DNA of 64,000 nt, taken from contig CACJEN010000004.1 of NCBI GenBank assembly GCA_902592445.1, positions 34,991 through 98,990 of the forward strand, in the 5' to 3' direction. Under the pieces are notes generated by a model, which saw only the letters and a program-made list of their open reading frames with translations, did not search any database and was not told where the DNA came from. This stretch comes from an uncultured Pelagibacteraceae bacterium. GTDB lineage: Bacteria; Pseudomonadota; Alphaproteobacteria; Pelagibacterales; Pelagibacteraceae. Shown piece by piece: positions 49,402 through 64,000 of the stretch (position 1 is the first letter of the stretch; each line of letters opens with the position of its first letter). The translations under genes and the position numbers were made by a program.

Positions 49402-50365
49402 TATTGAAAAAACTCCAGATATAAAATTATCAGTTAACCAAACTTTTGGTTTTGATAGCGATATGGAAGTTGATGCATTTTCTGAAAAATCAGAATATGT
49501 GCCTGAAATAGATAAAAGCTATAAATTTGATAAAGAAACAACTTTAGCAGTCTTAAGCGGTTTTGCTTTTAATAAAAGAGTTTTGGTTCAAGGCTATCAT
49601 GGTACTGGAAAATCCACGCATATTGAGCAAATAGCTGCGAGATTAAATTGGCCATGTATTAGAATAAACTTAGATAGTCATGTTAGTAGGATAGATTTAA
49701 TTGGTAAAGATTCAATTGTAATTAAAAACGGTAAGCAAGTCACAGAGTTTAAAGAAGGAATCCTTCCTTGGTCTATTCAAAATCCTGTAGCCCTTGTTTT
49801 TGATGAGTATGACGCTGGTAGACCAGATGTAATGTTTGTAATTCAAAGAGTATTAGAGGCAGAAGGTAATTTTACATTATTAGATAAAAATAAAGTAATA
49901 AAGCAGAATAAATTTTTTAGATTATTTGCAACATCAAATACTGTTGGTTTAGGTGATACAACTGGATTGTATCATGGAACACAACAGATTAATCAAGGTC
50001 AAATGGATAGATGGAATATCGTTACCACACTAAACTATCTAGGTTTAGAGAAGGAAATGGAAATCATTTTAAGTAAAAATAAAAATCTTAATAACGTTAA
50101 AGGTAAAGAAAAAGTCTCTAATATGATCAAAGTAGCAACACTTACAAGAAAAGGTTTTATGGCTGGTGATATTTCAACTGTTATGAGTCCACGTACAGTT
50201 TTACATTGGGCAGAAAATTCAGAAATATTTAAAGATACTGGATATGCATTTAGGGTTACATTTTTAAATAAATGTGATGAAGTAGAAAAAAATATTATTG
50301 CTGAATACTATCAAAGATGTTTTGGAGAAGATTTACCCGAGTCCATGATAAATGTTCAAGTTTAG
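49391..50365 (+). CDS. cobS: CobS-family MoxR-like AAA+ ATPase
   Basis: GYHGTGKSTH, FDEYDAGRPDV, NQGQMDRW, MSPRTV. Confidence 0.94.
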   Translation: MTPNIEKTPDIKLSVNQTFGFDSDMEVDAFSEKSEYVPEIDKSYKFDKETTLAVLSGFAFNKRVLVQGYHGTGKSTHIEQIAARLNWPCIRINLDSHVSRIDLIGKDSIVIKNGKQVTEFKEGILPWSIQNPVALVFDEYDAGRPDVMFVIQRVLEAEGNFTLLDKNKVIKQNKFFRLFATSNTVGLGDTTGLYHGTQQINQGQMDRWNIVTTLNYLGLEKEMEIILSKNKNLNNVKGKEKVSNMIKVATLTRKGFMAGDISTVMSPRTVLHWAENSEIFKDTGYAFRVTFLNKCDEVEKNIIAEYYQRCFGEDLPESMINVQV

Positions 50366-52168
50366 ATGAATAAAGAAGATATTTTCAAAGAAAAATTTAA
50401 GCAAGCAATATTATCAACTGTAAAAGTAATCTCAGAGGATAACTTTTCAAATCCCAAAAATAAGAAACAATTAAATGAAGAAAACTTTAAGGTAAATAAC
50501 CTTGAAAATATCAAAGATAAAAATGAATTTATAAAAATTAGAGCAGAAAATGATTCTGAAGCTTTAAAAAGAAAATTTTCAAATAAATCAATTTTTGAAA
50601 AAAATATGCCATCTAATCATGGCTGCCAATCGCTATATAAATTGTCTGAAAAAATTAGATATGAAATGTTGGGATCGGAAATGTTAATAGGAATTTCAAA
50701 GAATTTCCAAAATAACTATTCAAATAAATTAAAAAAAATTGATCTTACAAAAATTAAAAAAAAAGACGATGTGAATATTTCAGATGCATTTGAAATTTAT
50801 ATGTTAGACAAATTTTTAAAAGTACAAATTGAGCCAGAGGCTCAAAAAATTTTAAGTTTTTGGGAGAAAGAGTTGAGGGATACCTTTGATAAACATGTTA
50901 CATATTTAAATAAAAACTTAGAAAATCAAGAGATCTACAATTCAAAATTTTCAGAAATATTAGAGAATATGGAAATTTTTGATAATGAAGAAAATGATGA
51001 AAAAAAAGAGACTCAAGAAGATAATAACCAGGATAATTCAAGCTCCAATAATCAAGATGATAATGATTCAGATAGTTCTGAAGATAAAAAAGAGGATGAA
51101 TCTTTAAATGAAGGAGTAGATGGTCTAGACGATATAAACGAATTTAGACTTGATGAACAGACAACAAGTGAAGAAAATGAAAACCAACAATCTGAAAGTG
51201 TTGTTCAAAAGAAAAATTTAGGTGTTGGAGATAAAGATTATAAAGTATTTACAACCGAATTTGATGAAGTTGCAAAAGCTGAAAACCTTGAAAGCCCCGA
51301 AGAAATTTCTAAACTCAGAAAAAATTTGGACCAACAGCTAACAAGTTTTCAAGATATTATAACTAAACTTGCAAATAAGTTACAACGTCAATTATTAGCA
51401 AAACAAAACAGAGCATGGGAATTTGATTTAGAGGAAGGTTTATTAGATAGCTCTAAATTACCTAGAATTATTATTGATCCGTATAATTCCTTATCATTTA
51501 AAAAAGAGAAAGACTTAGATTTTAAAGATACCGTTGTAACATTATTGATTGATAATTCTGGATCAATGAGAGGTAGACCAATTACAATTGCCGCTCTTTG
51601 TGCTGATATATTATCTAGAACTTTAGAAAGATGTTCAGTGAAAGTTGAAATTCTTGGATTTACAACAAAAAACTGGAAAGGTGGATTGTCTAGAGAAGAA
51701 TGGAATAAATCTGGTAAAACAAAAAATCCTGGAAGATTAAATGATTTGAGGCATATAATTTATAAATCAGCAGATACACATTGGAGACAATCAAAGAAAA
51801 ATTTAGGACTTATGCTTAAAGAAGGTCTTCTAAAAGAAAATATTGATGGAGAGGCTATTACATGGGCATTTAATAGACTTAAAAAAAGAAAAGAGGAAAG
51901 AAAAATTATGATGGTAATTTCTGATGGTGCACCAGTGGATGACTCAACTTTGTCAGTCAATTCTGGAGACTTTCTTGAGAAACATTTAAAGAAAATTGTT
52001 AAATTTATTGAAAACAAAAGTGATATTGAAATTTTAGCAATCGGTATTGGACACGATGTTTCTAGATATTATCAAAAAGCAATAAAAATAACTGATGTTC
52101 AAGAATTAGGAGATGTGATGATTGGACAATTAAGTGGATTATTTGAGAATAAAAAAAAATTACATTAA
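50366..52168 (+). CDS. cobT: CobT-family VWA protein
   Basis: Acidic linker, [30 protein letters not shown]. Confidence 0.94.
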   Translation: MNKEDIFKEKFKQAILSTVKVISEDNFSNPKNKKQLNEENFKVNNLENIKDKNEFIKIRAENDSEALKRKFSNKSIFEKNMPSNHGCQSLYKLSEKIRYEMLGSEMLIGISKNFQNNYSNKLKKIDLTKIKKKDDVNISDAFEIYMLDKFLKVQIEPEAQKILSFWEKELRDTFDKHVTYLNKNLENQEIYNSKFSEILENMEIFDNEENDEKKETQEDNNQDNSSSNNQDDNDSDSSEDKKEDESLNEGVDGLDDINEFRLDEQTTSEENENQQSESVVQKKNLGVGDKDYKVFTTEFDEVAKAENLESPEEISKLRKNLDQQLTSFQDIITKLANKLQRQLLAKQNRAWEFDLEEGLLDSSKLPRIIIDPYNSLSFKKEKDLDFKDTVVTLLIDNSGSMRGRPITIAALCADILSRTLERCSVKVEILGFTTKNWKGGLSREEWNKSGKTKNPGRLNDLRHIIYKSADTHWRQSKKNLGLMLKEGLLKENIDGEAITWAFNRLKKRKEERKIMMVISDGAPVDDSTLSVNSGDFLEKHLKKIVKFIENKSDIEILAIGIGHDVSRYYQKAIKITDVQELGDVMIGQLSGLFENKKKLH

Positions 52169-53442
52169 ATATTTACTAAATTTTTATTCAGCCATTCTAT
52201 TTTAATTTCTGCACCGCCTCTTGTTTCTGAATTTCTAAATATTAGTTTAGCTTTGTTTTTCTCAAGTAGAGTTTTGCCAATAAAAATCCCTAAACCTAAG
52301 CCAGACTTACTTTTATCTTTTGATTTTATTGATTTAATATAGGGTTCACCAATTTTACCAAGAACATCTTTTGGAAATCCTGGTCCATCATCTTCAATTG
52401 TTATTTCTGAGGACTCGCTGTCACTTTTAATCGCAATATAGATGTTATTTTTTGCGAATTTATTTGCATTACCAATAAAGTTTCTTATTCCATAAACAAT
52501 TTCAATCGATTTTGTCACTTCGAAAGAATTAGCATTTTGCTCGATATCAATATCGAAATTTTTATCAGATATTTCTCGGAACGATGTAACTATTTCTTTA
52601 ACATAGTCGTACAAACTTAAGTCTTTGTCAATAAACTCATCTTCTACGATTGGATTTAAAGTTAATCTTTTTAATATCTCATTACACCTATCTACTTGAC
52701 TTACAAGAAGATCGATATCCTTTTTTACATCCTTATCGTTTTTAAATTGTTCAAATAATTCTTGTGATATTATCTTGATTGTTGAAAGAGGTGTTCCTAA
52801 TGAGTGTGCTGCTGCTGCTGCTTGACCTCCTAAGGATATAAGCTCATGTTCTTTAGAAATTTCCTCTTGTATCTTATCTAAAGCTTCTTTTCTAAGATTA
52901 GATTCTTTTCCAAATGATAAAGCAAAGTAATTTAGAAATAATAAAGCTATAATTAATGCTAAAGGAATTGAATAATAAATGTAAATGTTTGTGATTGATT
53001 GGTCTAGAGGTGCTGGTAAATGTTCATGGTAAAAAGTGAGTAAAATTATACATAAAATAGTAAAACTTATAAGAATAATATTTGTTTTAATATCTAAACT
53101 GGATGAAGCAAACACACTTGGTATTAATAAAAATATAGCAAATGGATTTAATATTCCACCTGATAAGTATAATAAAGCCGCTAATTGAATAATATCTATT
53201 AATAAAAAATTAAAAGCAGATCTATTTGATAAATGTGTTTTTTTATAAAAATAAATTAAAAATAAATTACTTATTGCACCAATCAAAATAATAAGATTCG
53301 CAAAAATATAATTAAATTCAAAATCAAAAATAAATCTAACGCTATTTATTGTTATAAATTGACCAATGATCCCTATCCATCTTAAATTTATATATGTAGA
53401 CTTATTCAATGAGTAAAGTTGTGAAGTTTTTCCAAACTCCAT
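52165..53442 (-). CDS. regB: RegB/PrrB/ActS sensor histidine kinase
   Basis: LRW...GQ, GG..NPF quinone motif, [23 protein letters not shown]. Confidence 0.93.
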   Translation of the reverse strand: MEFGKTSQLYSLNKSTYINLRWIGIIGQFITINSVRFIFDFEFNYIFANLIILIGAISNLFLIYFYKKTHLSNRSAFNFLLIDIIQLAALLYLSGGILNPFAIFLLIPSVFASSSLDIKTNIILISFTILCIILLTFYHEHLPAPLDQSITNIYIYYSIPLALIIALLFLNYFALSFGKESNLRKEALDKIQEEISKEHELISLGGQAAAAAHSLGTPLSTIKIISQELFEQFKNDKDVKKDIDLLVSQVDRCNEILKRLTLNPIVEDEFIDKDLSLYDYVKEIVTSFREISDKNFDIDIEQNANSFEVTKSIEIVYGIRNFIGNANKFAKNNIYIAIKSDSESSEITIEDDGPGFPKDVLGKIGEPYIKSIKSKDKSKSGLGLGIFIGKTLLEKNKAKLIFRNSETRGGAEIKIEWLNKNLVNI

Positions 53443-53443
53443 T

Positions 53444-55627
<2,184 letters not shown>

Positions 55628-55666
55628 TTAGATATCCTCAGAAAATATGCATTTTTGACTCTAATC

Positions 55667-55756
55667 TGGCGGAGAGAATGGGATTCGAACCCATGAAAGA
55701 GTTTCCCCTTTACACGCTTTCCAAGCGTGCGCCTTCAACCGCTCGGCCACCTCTCC
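55667..55756 (-). tRNA. tRNA-Ser (GGA)
   Basis: GGAGAGG...CACGC-TTGGAAA-GCGTG, long variable arm, ends GCCA; 90 nt. Confidence 0.96.
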
Positions 55757-55762
55757 AAAAAA

Positions 55763-57574
55763 TCAACTTTCTTTTGAAATTTTTAATACACCTATAAATG
55801 CCTCTTGTGGTATTTCAACTTTTCCAAATTGTTTAGCTCTTGCTTTACCTTTTTTTTGTTTTTCAAGAAGTTTTCTTTTTCTATCTAATGCTCCTCCGCC
55901 ATGTATCTTTGTTAATACATCTTTTTTAAAGCCTTTTATGGTTTCTCTTGCAATAATTTTTCCACCAATAGCAGCCTGTATAGGTATCATAAAGTTATGT
56001 CTTGGAATTAAATCTTTCAATTTTTCACAAACTTCTCTTCCAGTTGATTGCGCAAAATCTGTATGTATCATCATTGCGAGCGCATCTACTGGTTCTGAAT
56101 TTACTAAAATACTCATTTTCACTAAATCACCTTCTCTGTGGCCTATTATTTCATAATCAAAACTTGCGTATCCACTTGTCATTGATTTTAATCTATCATT
56201 AAAATCAAAAACAACTTCATTTAAAGGTAGTTCATAGTTTACAACTGCTCTATTTCCTGAATAGCTTAAATTTGTTTGTATTCCTCTTTTGTCTTGGCAT
56301 ATTTTTATAATTGAACCAAGATATTGATCAGGTGTGATAATAGTTGCTTTTATCCATGGCTCCTCGATAAAATTGATTAGTGTAGGATCTGGCAAACTTG
56401 ATGGATTCTGTAAATCATTTATATCGCCATTATTCATGTGAATTTTATAAACAACACCTGGAGTTGTTGTAAGAAGATTGATGTCAAATTCTCTTTCTAA
56501 TCTTTCAGTAACAATTTCTAAATGAAGTAGACCTAGAAACCCACATCTAAAACCTAATCCTAAAGCAGATGAAGACTCTGGCTCATAAGAAAAACTAGCA
56601 TCATTTAATTGTAACTTAGCTAAACCGTCTTTTAATTTTTGATATTCTGAACTATCTACTGGAAACAAACCACAAAATACAACTGGTTTACTTGGCTTAA
56701 AACCAGGCAAAGCCTCTTGAAGTGGATAATTTGCATCACATATTGTGTCTCCAACTTTTGTATCTGATAAAACTTTTATACCAGTTGTTATAAAACCAAT
56801 TTCACCTGCGTTTAACTCATTTATGTCTTTAGGTTTGGGTGTAAAAACACCAACTTTTTCCACAAAATAATCTTGGTTTGTAGACATCATTTTAATTTTC
56901 ATATTTTTTGATATTTTTCCATCTATAACTCTAACCAAAATTACCACACCAAGGTAAGTATCATACCAACTATCAACTAGCAGACATTTTAATTTATTAT
57001 TCGCCTCTCCTTTTGGACCAGGCAGTACATGAATTATTTGCTCTAATATATCTTCTATACCTTCTCCTGTTTTTCCTGAGCAGGGAACTGCCCCAGTGGT
57101 GTCAATTCCTATAACATCTTCAATTTGTTTATTTGTTCTTTCAATATCAGATGCAGGTAAATCAATTTTGTTTAGGACAGGTATTATTTCATGATTTATA
57201 TCAAGTGCTTGATAAACATTTGCGAGTGTTTGCGCCTCAACACCTTGAGTGCTATCAACAATTAAAATTGAGCCTTCGCATGCATATAATGACCTACTTA
57301 CTTCATAACTAAAATCAACATGTCCTGGTGTGTCAATTATATTTAAAACATAATTTTTTCCGTCTTTAGCTTTATAGTTTAATTTTACAGTTTGTGCTTT
57401 AATTGTAATTCCTCTTTCCCTCTCAATATCCATAGAGTCTAAAACTTGTGCCTTCATTTCTCTATCTGTAAGCCCGCCACATTTGTGAATTATTCTGTCA
57501 GCTATAGTTGATTTACCGTGATCTATATGCGCAATAATAGCAAAATTTCTTATATTATTAATTGTAGTTGTCAT
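55763..57574 (-). CDS. lepA: Elongation factor 4
   Basis: [33 protein letters not shown]. Confidence 0.98.
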   Translation of the reverse strand: MTTTINNIRNFAIIAHIDHGKSTIADRIIHKCGGLTDREMKAQVLDSMDIERERGITIKAQTVKLNYKAKDGKNYVLNIIDTPGHVDFSYEVSRSLYACEGSILIVDSTQGVEAQTLANVYQALDINHEIIPVLNKIDLPASDIERTNKQIEDVIGIDTTGAVPCSGKTGEGIEDILEQIIHVLPGPKGEANNKLKCLLVDSWYDTYLGVVILVRVIDGKISKNMKIKMMSTNQDYFVEKVGVFTPKPKDINELNAGEIGFITTGIKVLSDTKVGDTICDANYPLQEALPGFKPSKPVVFCGLFPVDSSEYQKLKDGLAKLQLNDASFSYEPESSSALGLGFRCGFLGLLHLEIVTERLEREFDINLLTTTPGVVYKIHMNNGDINDLQNPSSLPDPTLINFIEEPWIKATIITPDQYLGSIIKICQDKRGIQTNLSYSGNRAVVNYELPLNEVVFDFNDRLKSMTSGYASFDYEIIGHREGDLVKMSILVNSEPVDALAMMIHTDFAQSTGREVCEKLKDLIPRHNFMIPIQAAIGGKIIARETIKGFKKDVLTKIHGGGALDRKRKLLEKQKKGKARAKQFGKVEIPQEAFIGVLKISKES

Positions 57575-57576
57575 TA

Positions 57577-59982
57577 TTAGGATCTTATTTTAGCGCCAGA
57601 CTTACTCTCTACTGTAGAAATAATTAAATTATTAATTTTTTCTAAATCTTTTTCGGTTAAAGTTTTTTCAGATGATTGTACTGTAACATTGAGTGCGATT
57701 GATTTTTTATCTTTTGGAATATTTTCGCCTTCATAAACATCAAAAACTTTTACATTTTTAATTAAATCTTTATCTATTGATACAATTATATCTATCAAAT
57801 CTTGTGCTTTAATTTTTTTATCAATTACAAACGCAAAATCTCTCTCAGATTTTTGATAATCTGAATATTCAAATTGAGATTTTTGATCTTTAAGTTTTTT
57901 TTTGGTTTCTTTAAAAAAATCTAAATATATTTCAAATCCTATCAAAGCATCAGTTTTAATATCGAGTTTTTTTACAATATTTGGATGTATTTCACCAAAA
58001 AATGCAATTGGCTTATCTTCTTCAGTGCTAAGAAAAACTGATCCTGATTTGCCTGGATGATAATAAGATGGAGCTTGATCTTTTATTATTAGTTTATTTT
58101 TACTAAATCCTGCCTCTACTATAGTTTGAATAGTATCTCTCTTTGCGTCAAATACATCAACATTTCTCTCTGTTTCTTGCCAATTTAATCTAAAATATTT
58201 TCCAGCTTGCAAAGCACCTATTACTGTTAGTTGCTCACCTGGCTTAATACCTGAAAAAACTGGCCCTATCTCAAAAAAAGATAAATCTTTAAATCCTCTG
58301 TCTATATTTTTTTTTAAATAAAAAATTAAATTTGGAAATATTGAATTTCTTAAAACATTTAAATCCGAACTAATTGGGTTAACAATTTTTATTTCATTAT
58401 ATTTTTCTTTAAATAAATTATTTATTTTAGAGTCTGTAAATGACCAAGTAACTGTCTCGAAAAAACCTTTGGAAGCAACCGAACGTTGTAAGAAATGGAA
58501 TAATTTTTGCTGCCTATTTAAAGTTGGTTTAAGTCTAGATTTTTCTGGTGTTAGTGTTTGAATATGTTCATAACCTTTAATTCGAACAATTTCTTCAACA
58601 ATGTCAATTGGTTGTGTAATATCTGGTCTCCATGAGGGAATTTCTAAATCTAAACTTTCTTTATTCTCGTTGATTTTAAAACCAAGATTGGAAATTATTT
58701 TAATTATTTCTTTTTTTTCAATTTTAAATCCTGTTATTTTTTCAAATAAAGAAATTTCAAATTTTACTTTATTTATTTTTTCTTCTTCCAATCTTTGTAT
58801 ATCAAATTTACTTACTTCGCCCCCACACACTTCTTTTATTAAATCAGCTGCTTTGATTAGCCCAGCCTCAATTGATTTTGGATCAATTCCTCTTTCAAAT
58901 CTAAATTTTGCGTCTGTATCTATATTTAATAATTTTGAAGTTTTTCTAATTGATCTTGGTAAAAAATACGCAGACTCTAATAATATATTTTTTGTCTCTA
59001 GTTCGGTTCCTGAACGTGTTCCACCTATGATTCCACCTAATCCTAGCACTCCTGAATGATCAGAAATTACACACATATCATCATCTAAGGAATATTTTTT
59101 ATTGTCTAGTGCTTCAAAAGTTTCACCTTTTTTTGAATTTCTTACTATAATTTCTTTACTTACTTTATCAGCATCATATGCATGAAGTGGCCTATTTAAA
59201 TCAATCATCACATAATTTGTTATATCTACAATTGCAGAAATTGGTTTTTGACCTAACGAAACAATTTTATCTTTTAACCACTGAGGACTTTCTTTATTTG
59301 AAACTCCCCTTATTAAACAACTACCAAAAATTGTGCAGCCTTGTTTTTTTTCTTTTTTAATAGTTACTTTTAAGTCCTGATCAAAATTTTGATTTAATTT
59401 ACTATCTTTTATTTTTTTCAAAGAACCAATTCCAGCTGCAGCAAGATCTCTTGCAATACCTCTAACACCAAGACAATCTGGTCGATTTGGTGTTATAGAT
59501 AAATCTACAACTTTAGGAGTTTTGCTATCAAAATATTTTTTCCCAATTTTTTCCTTATACTTTTCTGATAATTCTGTAATTCCTTCGCTATCATCTGATA
59601 ATTTAAGCTCAGCTTCAGAACACAACATTCCATAGGAAGTAACACCTCTTATTTTACTGATAGATAGTTTCATTTGATTTTTTGGTATAATTGCACCTGG
59701 TCCTGCATATACTGTAAACAAACCTTTTTTTGCATTAGGAGCTCCACACACAACTTTAACAGTTTCACTTTTACCAATGTCAACATCACAAACTCTTAAT
59801 CTATCTGCATTAGGGTGTTGTTGCGCATTTATTATTTTTGCAACAATAAAATCATCTAATTCGGAAGGTGCATTTTCAAAACTCTCAACCTCAAGACCAA
59901 CGTTCGTTAAATTATTAATTATTTCTTTATCATTAAGATCTGTGTCTAAATGTTGTTTAAGCCAATCGATTGTAAATTTCAT
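57577..59982 (-). CDS. pheT: Phenylalanyl-tRNA synthetase beta
   Basis: HPNADRL, VCGAPN, TPNRPD, RFERG, RDFAF. Confidence 0.97.
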   Translation of the reverse strand: MKFTIDWLKQHLDTDLNDKEIINNLTNVGLEVESFENAPSELDDFIVAKIINAQQHPNADRLRVCDVDIGKSETVKVVCGAPNAKKGLFTVYAGPGAIIPKNQMKLSISKIRGVTSYGMLCSEAELKLSDDSEGITELSEKYKEKIGKKYFDSKTPKVVDLSITPNRPDCLGVRGIARDLAAAGIGSLKKIKDSKLNQNFDQDLKVTIKKEKKQGCTIFGSCLIRGVSNKESPQWLKDKIVSLGQKPISAIVDITNYVMIDLNRPLHAYDADKVSKEIIVRNSKKGETFEALDNKKYSLDDDMCVISDHSGVLGLGGIIGGTRSGTELETKNILLESAYFLPRSIRKTSKLLNIDTDAKFRFERGIDPKSIEAGLIKAADLIKEVCGGEVSKFDIQRLEEEKINKVKFEISLFEKITGFKIEKKEIIKIISNLGFKINENKESLDLEIPSWRPDITQPIDIVEEIVRIKGYEHIQTLTPEKSRLKPTLNRQQKLFHFLQRSVASKGFFETVTWSFTDSKINNLFKEKYNEIKIVNPISSDLNVLRNSIFPNLIFYLKKNIDRGFKDLSFFEIGPVFSGIKPGEQLTVIGALQAGKYFRLNWQETERNVDVFDAKRDTIQTIVEAGFSKNKLIIKDQAPSYYHPGKSGSVFLSTEEDKPIAFFGEIHPNIVKKLDIKTDALIGFEIYLDFFKETKKKLKDQKSQFEYSDYQKSERDFAFVIDKKIKAQDLIDIIVSIDKDLIKNVKVFDVYEGENIPKDKKSIALNVTVQSSEKTLTEKDLEKINNLIISTVESKSGAKIRS

Positions 59983-61046
59983 CTACTCAATCCTCTGTAG
60001 CTTGATGGTACATCTAAAGGATCGAAGCCAAAATGGCTTAGCCATCTATAATCTGTTTCAAAAAAAGCTCTTAAATCATTAATTCCATATTTTAGCATAC
60101 CTAATCTATCTATTCCGATTCCAAAGGCGTAGCCCTGAAATTTCGATGGATCAACATTTACATTTTTTAGGACGTTTGGATGAACCATTCCACATCCTAA
60201 AATTTCTAACCATTTATCTCCTTCACCTATGATTATTTTTCCATCTTTAATTTCATAACCTATATCAACCTCAGCTGATGGCTCTGTAAATGGGAAATGA
60301 CTTGGTCTAAATCTCATCTTCAATTTGTCCACTTCAAAAAATTCTTTAATAAAATAATTTAGACAACCTTTAAGATGTCCCATATTTATATCTTTATCTA
60401 TATGTAGTCCTTCTACTTGATGAAACATAGGTGCATGTGTTTGGTCACTGTCAGATCTGTAAGTTCTCCCGGGTGCAATTATTTTAAATGGAGGTTTGCC
60501 TTTTAACATAGTCCGAACTTGTACAGGAGAGGTATGTGTCCGTAATAACAATTCTTTTTTTTCATCTAAGTAAAATGTGTCATGCATATCTCTTGCTGGA
60601 TGATTGTCAGGCGTATTAAGTGCTGAAAAATTATTATATTCATTTTCTACATCTGGACCCTCTTCAACGCTAAAACCTATTTCAGAAAAAATAGATGAAA
60701 TTTCATCTATTACTTGTGAAACTGGATGAATCTTTCCTTGTTTAAAATCTCTTTCAGGTAAAGTGACATCTACTTTTTCATTTTCTAACTTTAGGTTTAT
60801 CTCTTTTGTTTCGATTTCCTCAATTTTGCTTGTAATTTTATTTTGTAGCTCTTCTTTTATAAAATTTAAGTCTGATGCAAATTTTTTTCGCTCTTCTTGA
60901 GAGACTGATCCTAACATTTTAAACTCGTTAGAGACTATTCCATTTTTACCAAATAATTCAGTTTTTATTTGATTTATAGATTCTATATTTTGGTCTTTAT
61001 CAAGTTTATTAAGATATTCGTCTTTTATTTTTTTAATATCAGACAT
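59979..61046 (-). CDS. pheS: Phenylalanyl-tRNA synthetase alpha
   Basis: [30 protein letters not shown]. Confidence 0.98.
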   Translation of the reverse strand: MSDIKKIKDEYLNKLDKDQNIESINQIKTELFGKNGIVSNEFKMLGSVSQEERKKFASDLNFIKEELQNKITSKIEEIETKEINLKLENEKVDVTLPERDFKQGKIHPVSQVIDEISSIFSEIGFSVEEGPDVENEYNNFSALNTPDNHPARDMHDTFYLDEKKELLLRTHTSPVQVRTMLKGKPPFKIIAPGRTYRSDSDQTHAPMFHQVEGLHIDKDINMGHLKGCLNYFIKEFFEVDKLKMRFRPSHFPFTEPSAEVDIGYEIKDGKIIIGEGDKWLEILGCGMVHPNVLKNVNVDPSKFQGYAFGIGIDRLGMLKYGINDLRAFFETDYRWLSHFGFDPLDVPSSYRGLSR

Positions 61047-61089
61047 TTTAGTAGATTATTTGTTAACTTAAGAAAAACAATAGCGAAGA

Positions 61090-61446
61090 TTAATTTAGAG
61101 CTGCTTGTGCTTTTTTTACAATTGTTTTAAATGCTTGCGGATTATCGTATGCGATTTCTGCTAGAATTTTTCTATCTAATTTTATTCCTGATTTACTTAG
61201 ACCATTTATAAACTTAGAGTAAGTTAAGCCCTCTTCTCTTACTCCTGCATTAATTCTTTGAATCCATAAAGATTTAAAATCTCTTTTTTTATTTCTTCTA
61301 TCTCTATATGCATATTGCATAGCCTTTTCCATTGCTTGTCTTGCAACTCTTATTGTATTCTTTCTTCTTCCCCATTGGCCTTTTACAGCTTTAAGAACTT
61401 TTTTGTGTTTTGCTCTGCTGGTTACGCCTCTTTTAACTCTAGCCAT
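61090..61446 (-). CDS. rplT: 50S ribosomal protein L20
   Basis: MARVKRG, YAYRDR, LWI.RINA. Confidence 0.98.
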   Translation of the reverse strand: MARVKRGVTSRAKHKKVLKAVKGQWGRRKNTIRVARQAMEKAMQYAYRDRRNKKRDFKSLWIQRINAGVREEGLTYSKFINGLSKSGIKLDRKILAEIAYDNPQAFKTIVKKAQAALN

Positions 61447-61447
61447 T

Positions 61448-61654
61448 TTATCCTCTTAAACTATAGGGCATATAAGATTTCACGATTTTTCCATCTTGTT
61501 TTGCCATCACAGTTGTACCCCTTTGTTTTCTTATTTGGGAATTAGTTCTTTTTATCATTCCATGCCTTTTACCAGCCTGTGCAGTAATCACTTTTCCTTT
61601 AGCTGAAATTTTAAATCTTTTTTTTGCTGAGCTTTTAGTTTTCAATTTAGGCAT
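61448..61654 (-). CDS. rpmI: 50S ribosomal protein L35
   Basis: [14 protein letters not shown]; start at 61654 with a GGAG-free AT-rich leader. Confidence 0.97.
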   Translation of the reverse strand: MPKLKTKSSAKKRFKISAKGKVITAQAGKRHGMIKRTNSQIRKQRGTTVMAKQDGKIVKSYMPYSLRG

Positions 61655-61708
61655 AATTTTTGGAGCCTTATACAAATATTAATATTAATTTACAACTAGA
61701 AATATGAC

Positions 61709-62254
61709 TTATAATGGCTGAATAACCATTATCATTTGTTTGCCATCAAATTTAGGCTGTAATTCTACACGACCAATATCTTGCATATCTTGCTTGATTT
61801 TATCCATTAACTCATTTCCTAAACTGGAGTGTTGCAGTTCTCTTCCTTTAAAACGTATTGTAAATTTTACTTTATCCCCTTTTGCTAAAAATTTTTGAGC
61901 GTTCTTAATTTTAAAAGAATAGTCATGTACCTCTGTCACAGGTCTTAATTTTATTTCCTTTAACTCAATTTTTTTTTGTTTCTTTTTTGCTTTGTTGGCT
62001 TTTTTCTGGGCATCATATTTATATTTACCCATATCCATTATTTTACACACAGGAGGTTTAGCGTTTGGTGCAATTTCAATCAAGTCAAGTCCTTCATCCC
62101 GAGCACGATTAATTGCGTCATTTAAATTTAAAATACCAAGATTTTCACCATCACTTGCAATTACCTGAACCTCATGTGAAGTAATCCTATTGTTTGATCT
62201 TGGTCCTTTTGGTTTTGTTCTTTTCTGAAAATAATTTTGTTTGAAGTCTGGCAC
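61709..62254 (-). CDS. infC: Translation initiation factor IF-3
   Basis: GLDL.EIAP.A.PPVCKIMD.GKYKY, KEIK.RP, F.GRE; GTG start abutting the thrS stop. Confidence 0.96.
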   Translation of the reverse strand: MPDFKQNYFQKRTKPKGPRSNNRITSHEVQVIASDGENLGILNLNDAINRARDEGLDLIEIAPNAKPPVCKIMDMGKYKYDAQKKANKAKKKQKKIELKEIKLRPVTEVHDYSFKIKNAQKFLAKGDKVKFTIRFKGRELQHSSLGNELMDKIKQDMQDIGRVELQPKFDGKQMIMVIQPL

Positions 62255-64000
62255 TTAAATTGAAGGCGCTTTGTTTAAAGCAGAGTATTTTTTTATAAAC
62301 TCGTTAAAATCCATATTTTCTTGTTTTTTAGAATCCAATCTTCTAATAGTTACTGTATTAGAGTCAACTTCTTTTTTCCCACAAATAAGTAATAAAGGTA
62401 CTTTTGACAATGAATGTTCTCTAATTTTATAATTTAAATTATGATTTTTTAAATCAACTTCACTTGAGATACCAACTTTTTTTAATTCATGATTAATTTT
62501 TTTTGAATAGTCATCAAAGTCACCTGAAATTGGTATTACAACTACTTGTAATGGTGTGAGCCAAAAAGGTAATTTACCTGAATAATTTTCAATTAAAATT
62601 CCAATAAATCTCTCTAAGGAACCAAACAATGCTCTATGCAACATAACAGGTATTTTCTTTGATCCATCTTTTTCAACATAAGTGGCTCCTAATCTTCCAG
62701 GTAAATTTAAATCTACTTGTAAGGTTCCACACTGCCAATCTCTTCCTATTGCATCTCTTAAAACAAACTCAATTTTTGGACCATAAAAAGCACCCTCACC
62801 TTTATTTATAGTGTATTCTAGTTTTGTTTCTTTAATTGCCTCTAAAAGAGCAGCCTCTGATTTATCCCATACAGCATCATCTCCAACTCTCAGATCTGGT
62901 CGGTCTGAGTATTTTAATATTACATTTTCAAATCCAAGGTCTTTATAAATTTCTAAAATTAAATTTGTAACTGATAGGCATTCTTGAGTAATTTGCTCTT
63001 CGGTACAAAATATGTGTGCATCATCTTGGGTAAATGCTCTTACCCTTAACAATCCATGTAATGCACCAGAAGGTTCATATCTATGAACTTTTCCAAATTC
63101 CGACATTTTTAATGGTAAGTCTCTGTAACTTTTTAGTCCTTGATTAAACACTTGAACACATCCTGGACAGTTCATTGGTTTTATTGCAAAAACTTTTTCG
63201 TCAGGTGTTGTAGAGGTATACATATTTGCACCAAATTTTTCCCAATGACCAGATTTTTCCCATAATGTACGATCAAGAATTTCTGGTGTATTTATCTCTT
63301 TATATCCTGCGTGATCTTGTTTAGTTCGCATATAGGAGATTAACTTCTGAAAAAGGTTCCATCCTTTTTCATGCCAAAATACAGATCCAGGGCTTTCTTC
63401 CCTAAAATGAAATAAGTCCATTTCTTTTCCTAACTTTCTGTGATCTCGTTTTTCAGCTTCTTCAATTCTATTTAAGTATTCATCAAGTTCTTTTTGTGTA
63501 GACCAACTGGTGCCATAAACTCTTTGTAACATCTCATTATTCGAGTCTCCTCTCCAATAAGCACCTGATACTTTTGTTAATTTAAAATACTTTCCAATTT
63601 TGCCTGTAGAACTTAAGTGCGGACCTCTACACAAATCATGCCATTTTCCATGAAAATATATAGATACCTCTTCACCTTCAGGAATAGAATTAATTATTTC
63701 GGCTTTGTAATGTTCTCCATTATTTTTGAAATGTTTTATAGCATCATTTCTCTTCCAAACTTCTCTATAAGTTTTTTCATTCCTATCGACAATATCTTTC
63801 ATTTTGTTCTCTATCTTTTCTAAATCTTCTTGCGTGAATGGCTCTTTCCTCGCAAAGTCATAATAAAAACCATCTTCAATCACTGGGCCTATTGTTACTT
63901 GCGTTCCAGGAAAAAGTTCTTGGACTGCCATTGCCAAAATATGGGCGGTATCATGTCTAATTGTTTCAAGCCCTTCTTTATCTTTTGATGTAAATATCTT
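62255..64000 (-). CDS. thrS: Threonyl-tRNA synthetase, 5'-truncated by the window edge
   Basis: IRHDTAH, DLCRGPH, RDHRKLG, KPMNCP, GAFYGPK. Confidence 0.98.
   Translation of the reverse strand, partial: KIFTSKDKEGLETIRHDTAHILAMAVQELFPGTQVTIGPVIEDGFYYDFARKEPFTQEDLEKIENKMKDIVDRNEKTYREVWKRNDAIKHFKNNGEHYKAEIINSIPEGEEVSIYFHGKWHDLCRGPHLSSTGKIGKYFKLTKVSGAYWRGDSNNEMLQRVYGTSWSTQKELDEYLNRIEEAEKRDHRKLGKEMDLFHFREESPGSVFWHEKGWNLFQKLISYMRTKQDHAGYKEINTPEILDRTLWEKSGHWEKFGANMYTSTTPDEKVFAIKPMNCPGCVQVFNQGLKSYRDLPLKMSEFGKVHRYEPSGALHGLLRVRAFTQDDAHIFCTEEQITQECLSVTNLILEIYKDLGFENVILKYSDRPDLRVGDDAVWDKSEAALLEAIKETKLEYTINKGEGAFYGPKIEFVLRDAIGRDWQCGTLQVDLNLPGRLGATYVEKDGSKKIPVMLHRALFGSLERFIGILIENYSGKLPFWLTPLQVVVIPISGDFDDYSKKINHELKKVGISSEVDLKNHNLNYKIREHSLSKVPLLLICGKKEVDSNTVTIRRLDSKKQENMDFNEFIKKYSALNKAPSI

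Noticed and set aside
50990-51200. Low-complexity GAT/AAT/GAA-rich tract
   Set aside because: Encodes the normal acidic linker of CobT; not a tandem repeat element

Overview
A very AT-rich, extremely gene-dense core-chromosome segment. Gene content, gene order and streamlining point to a SAR11/Pelagibacterales alphaproteobacterium (inferred, no rRNA in the window). It holds about 70 housekeeping CDSs (malate synthase G, recR-ybaB-dnaX, arg/aro/trp/his/dap genes, LPS transport, rpmH-rnpA-yidC, cobST, regB, gyrB, lepA, pheST, thrS-infC), 4 tRNAs (His, Phe, Thr, Ser) and the SRP RNA. I saw no transposase, integrase, prophage or CRISPR array. The main points of interest are: (1) an unannotated His-rich leader peptide with an overlapping terminator-like hairpin ahead of tRNA-His-hisS-hisZ-hisG, where the tRNA sits between a Shine-Dalgarno-like AAGGA and the hisS start codon; (2) a three-nuclease cluster (RmuC, a phage/MGME1-like exonuclease, ExoI) in the position usually held by addBA; (3) an adjacent HDAC-family and SET-domain gene pair behind dapD-dapE; (4) a TrpB with several substituted active-site residues; (5) an unannotated 34-aa basic ORF; (6) a RegA-box-like palindrome before cycM. 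All calls come from motif recognition by eye; no database search was run.
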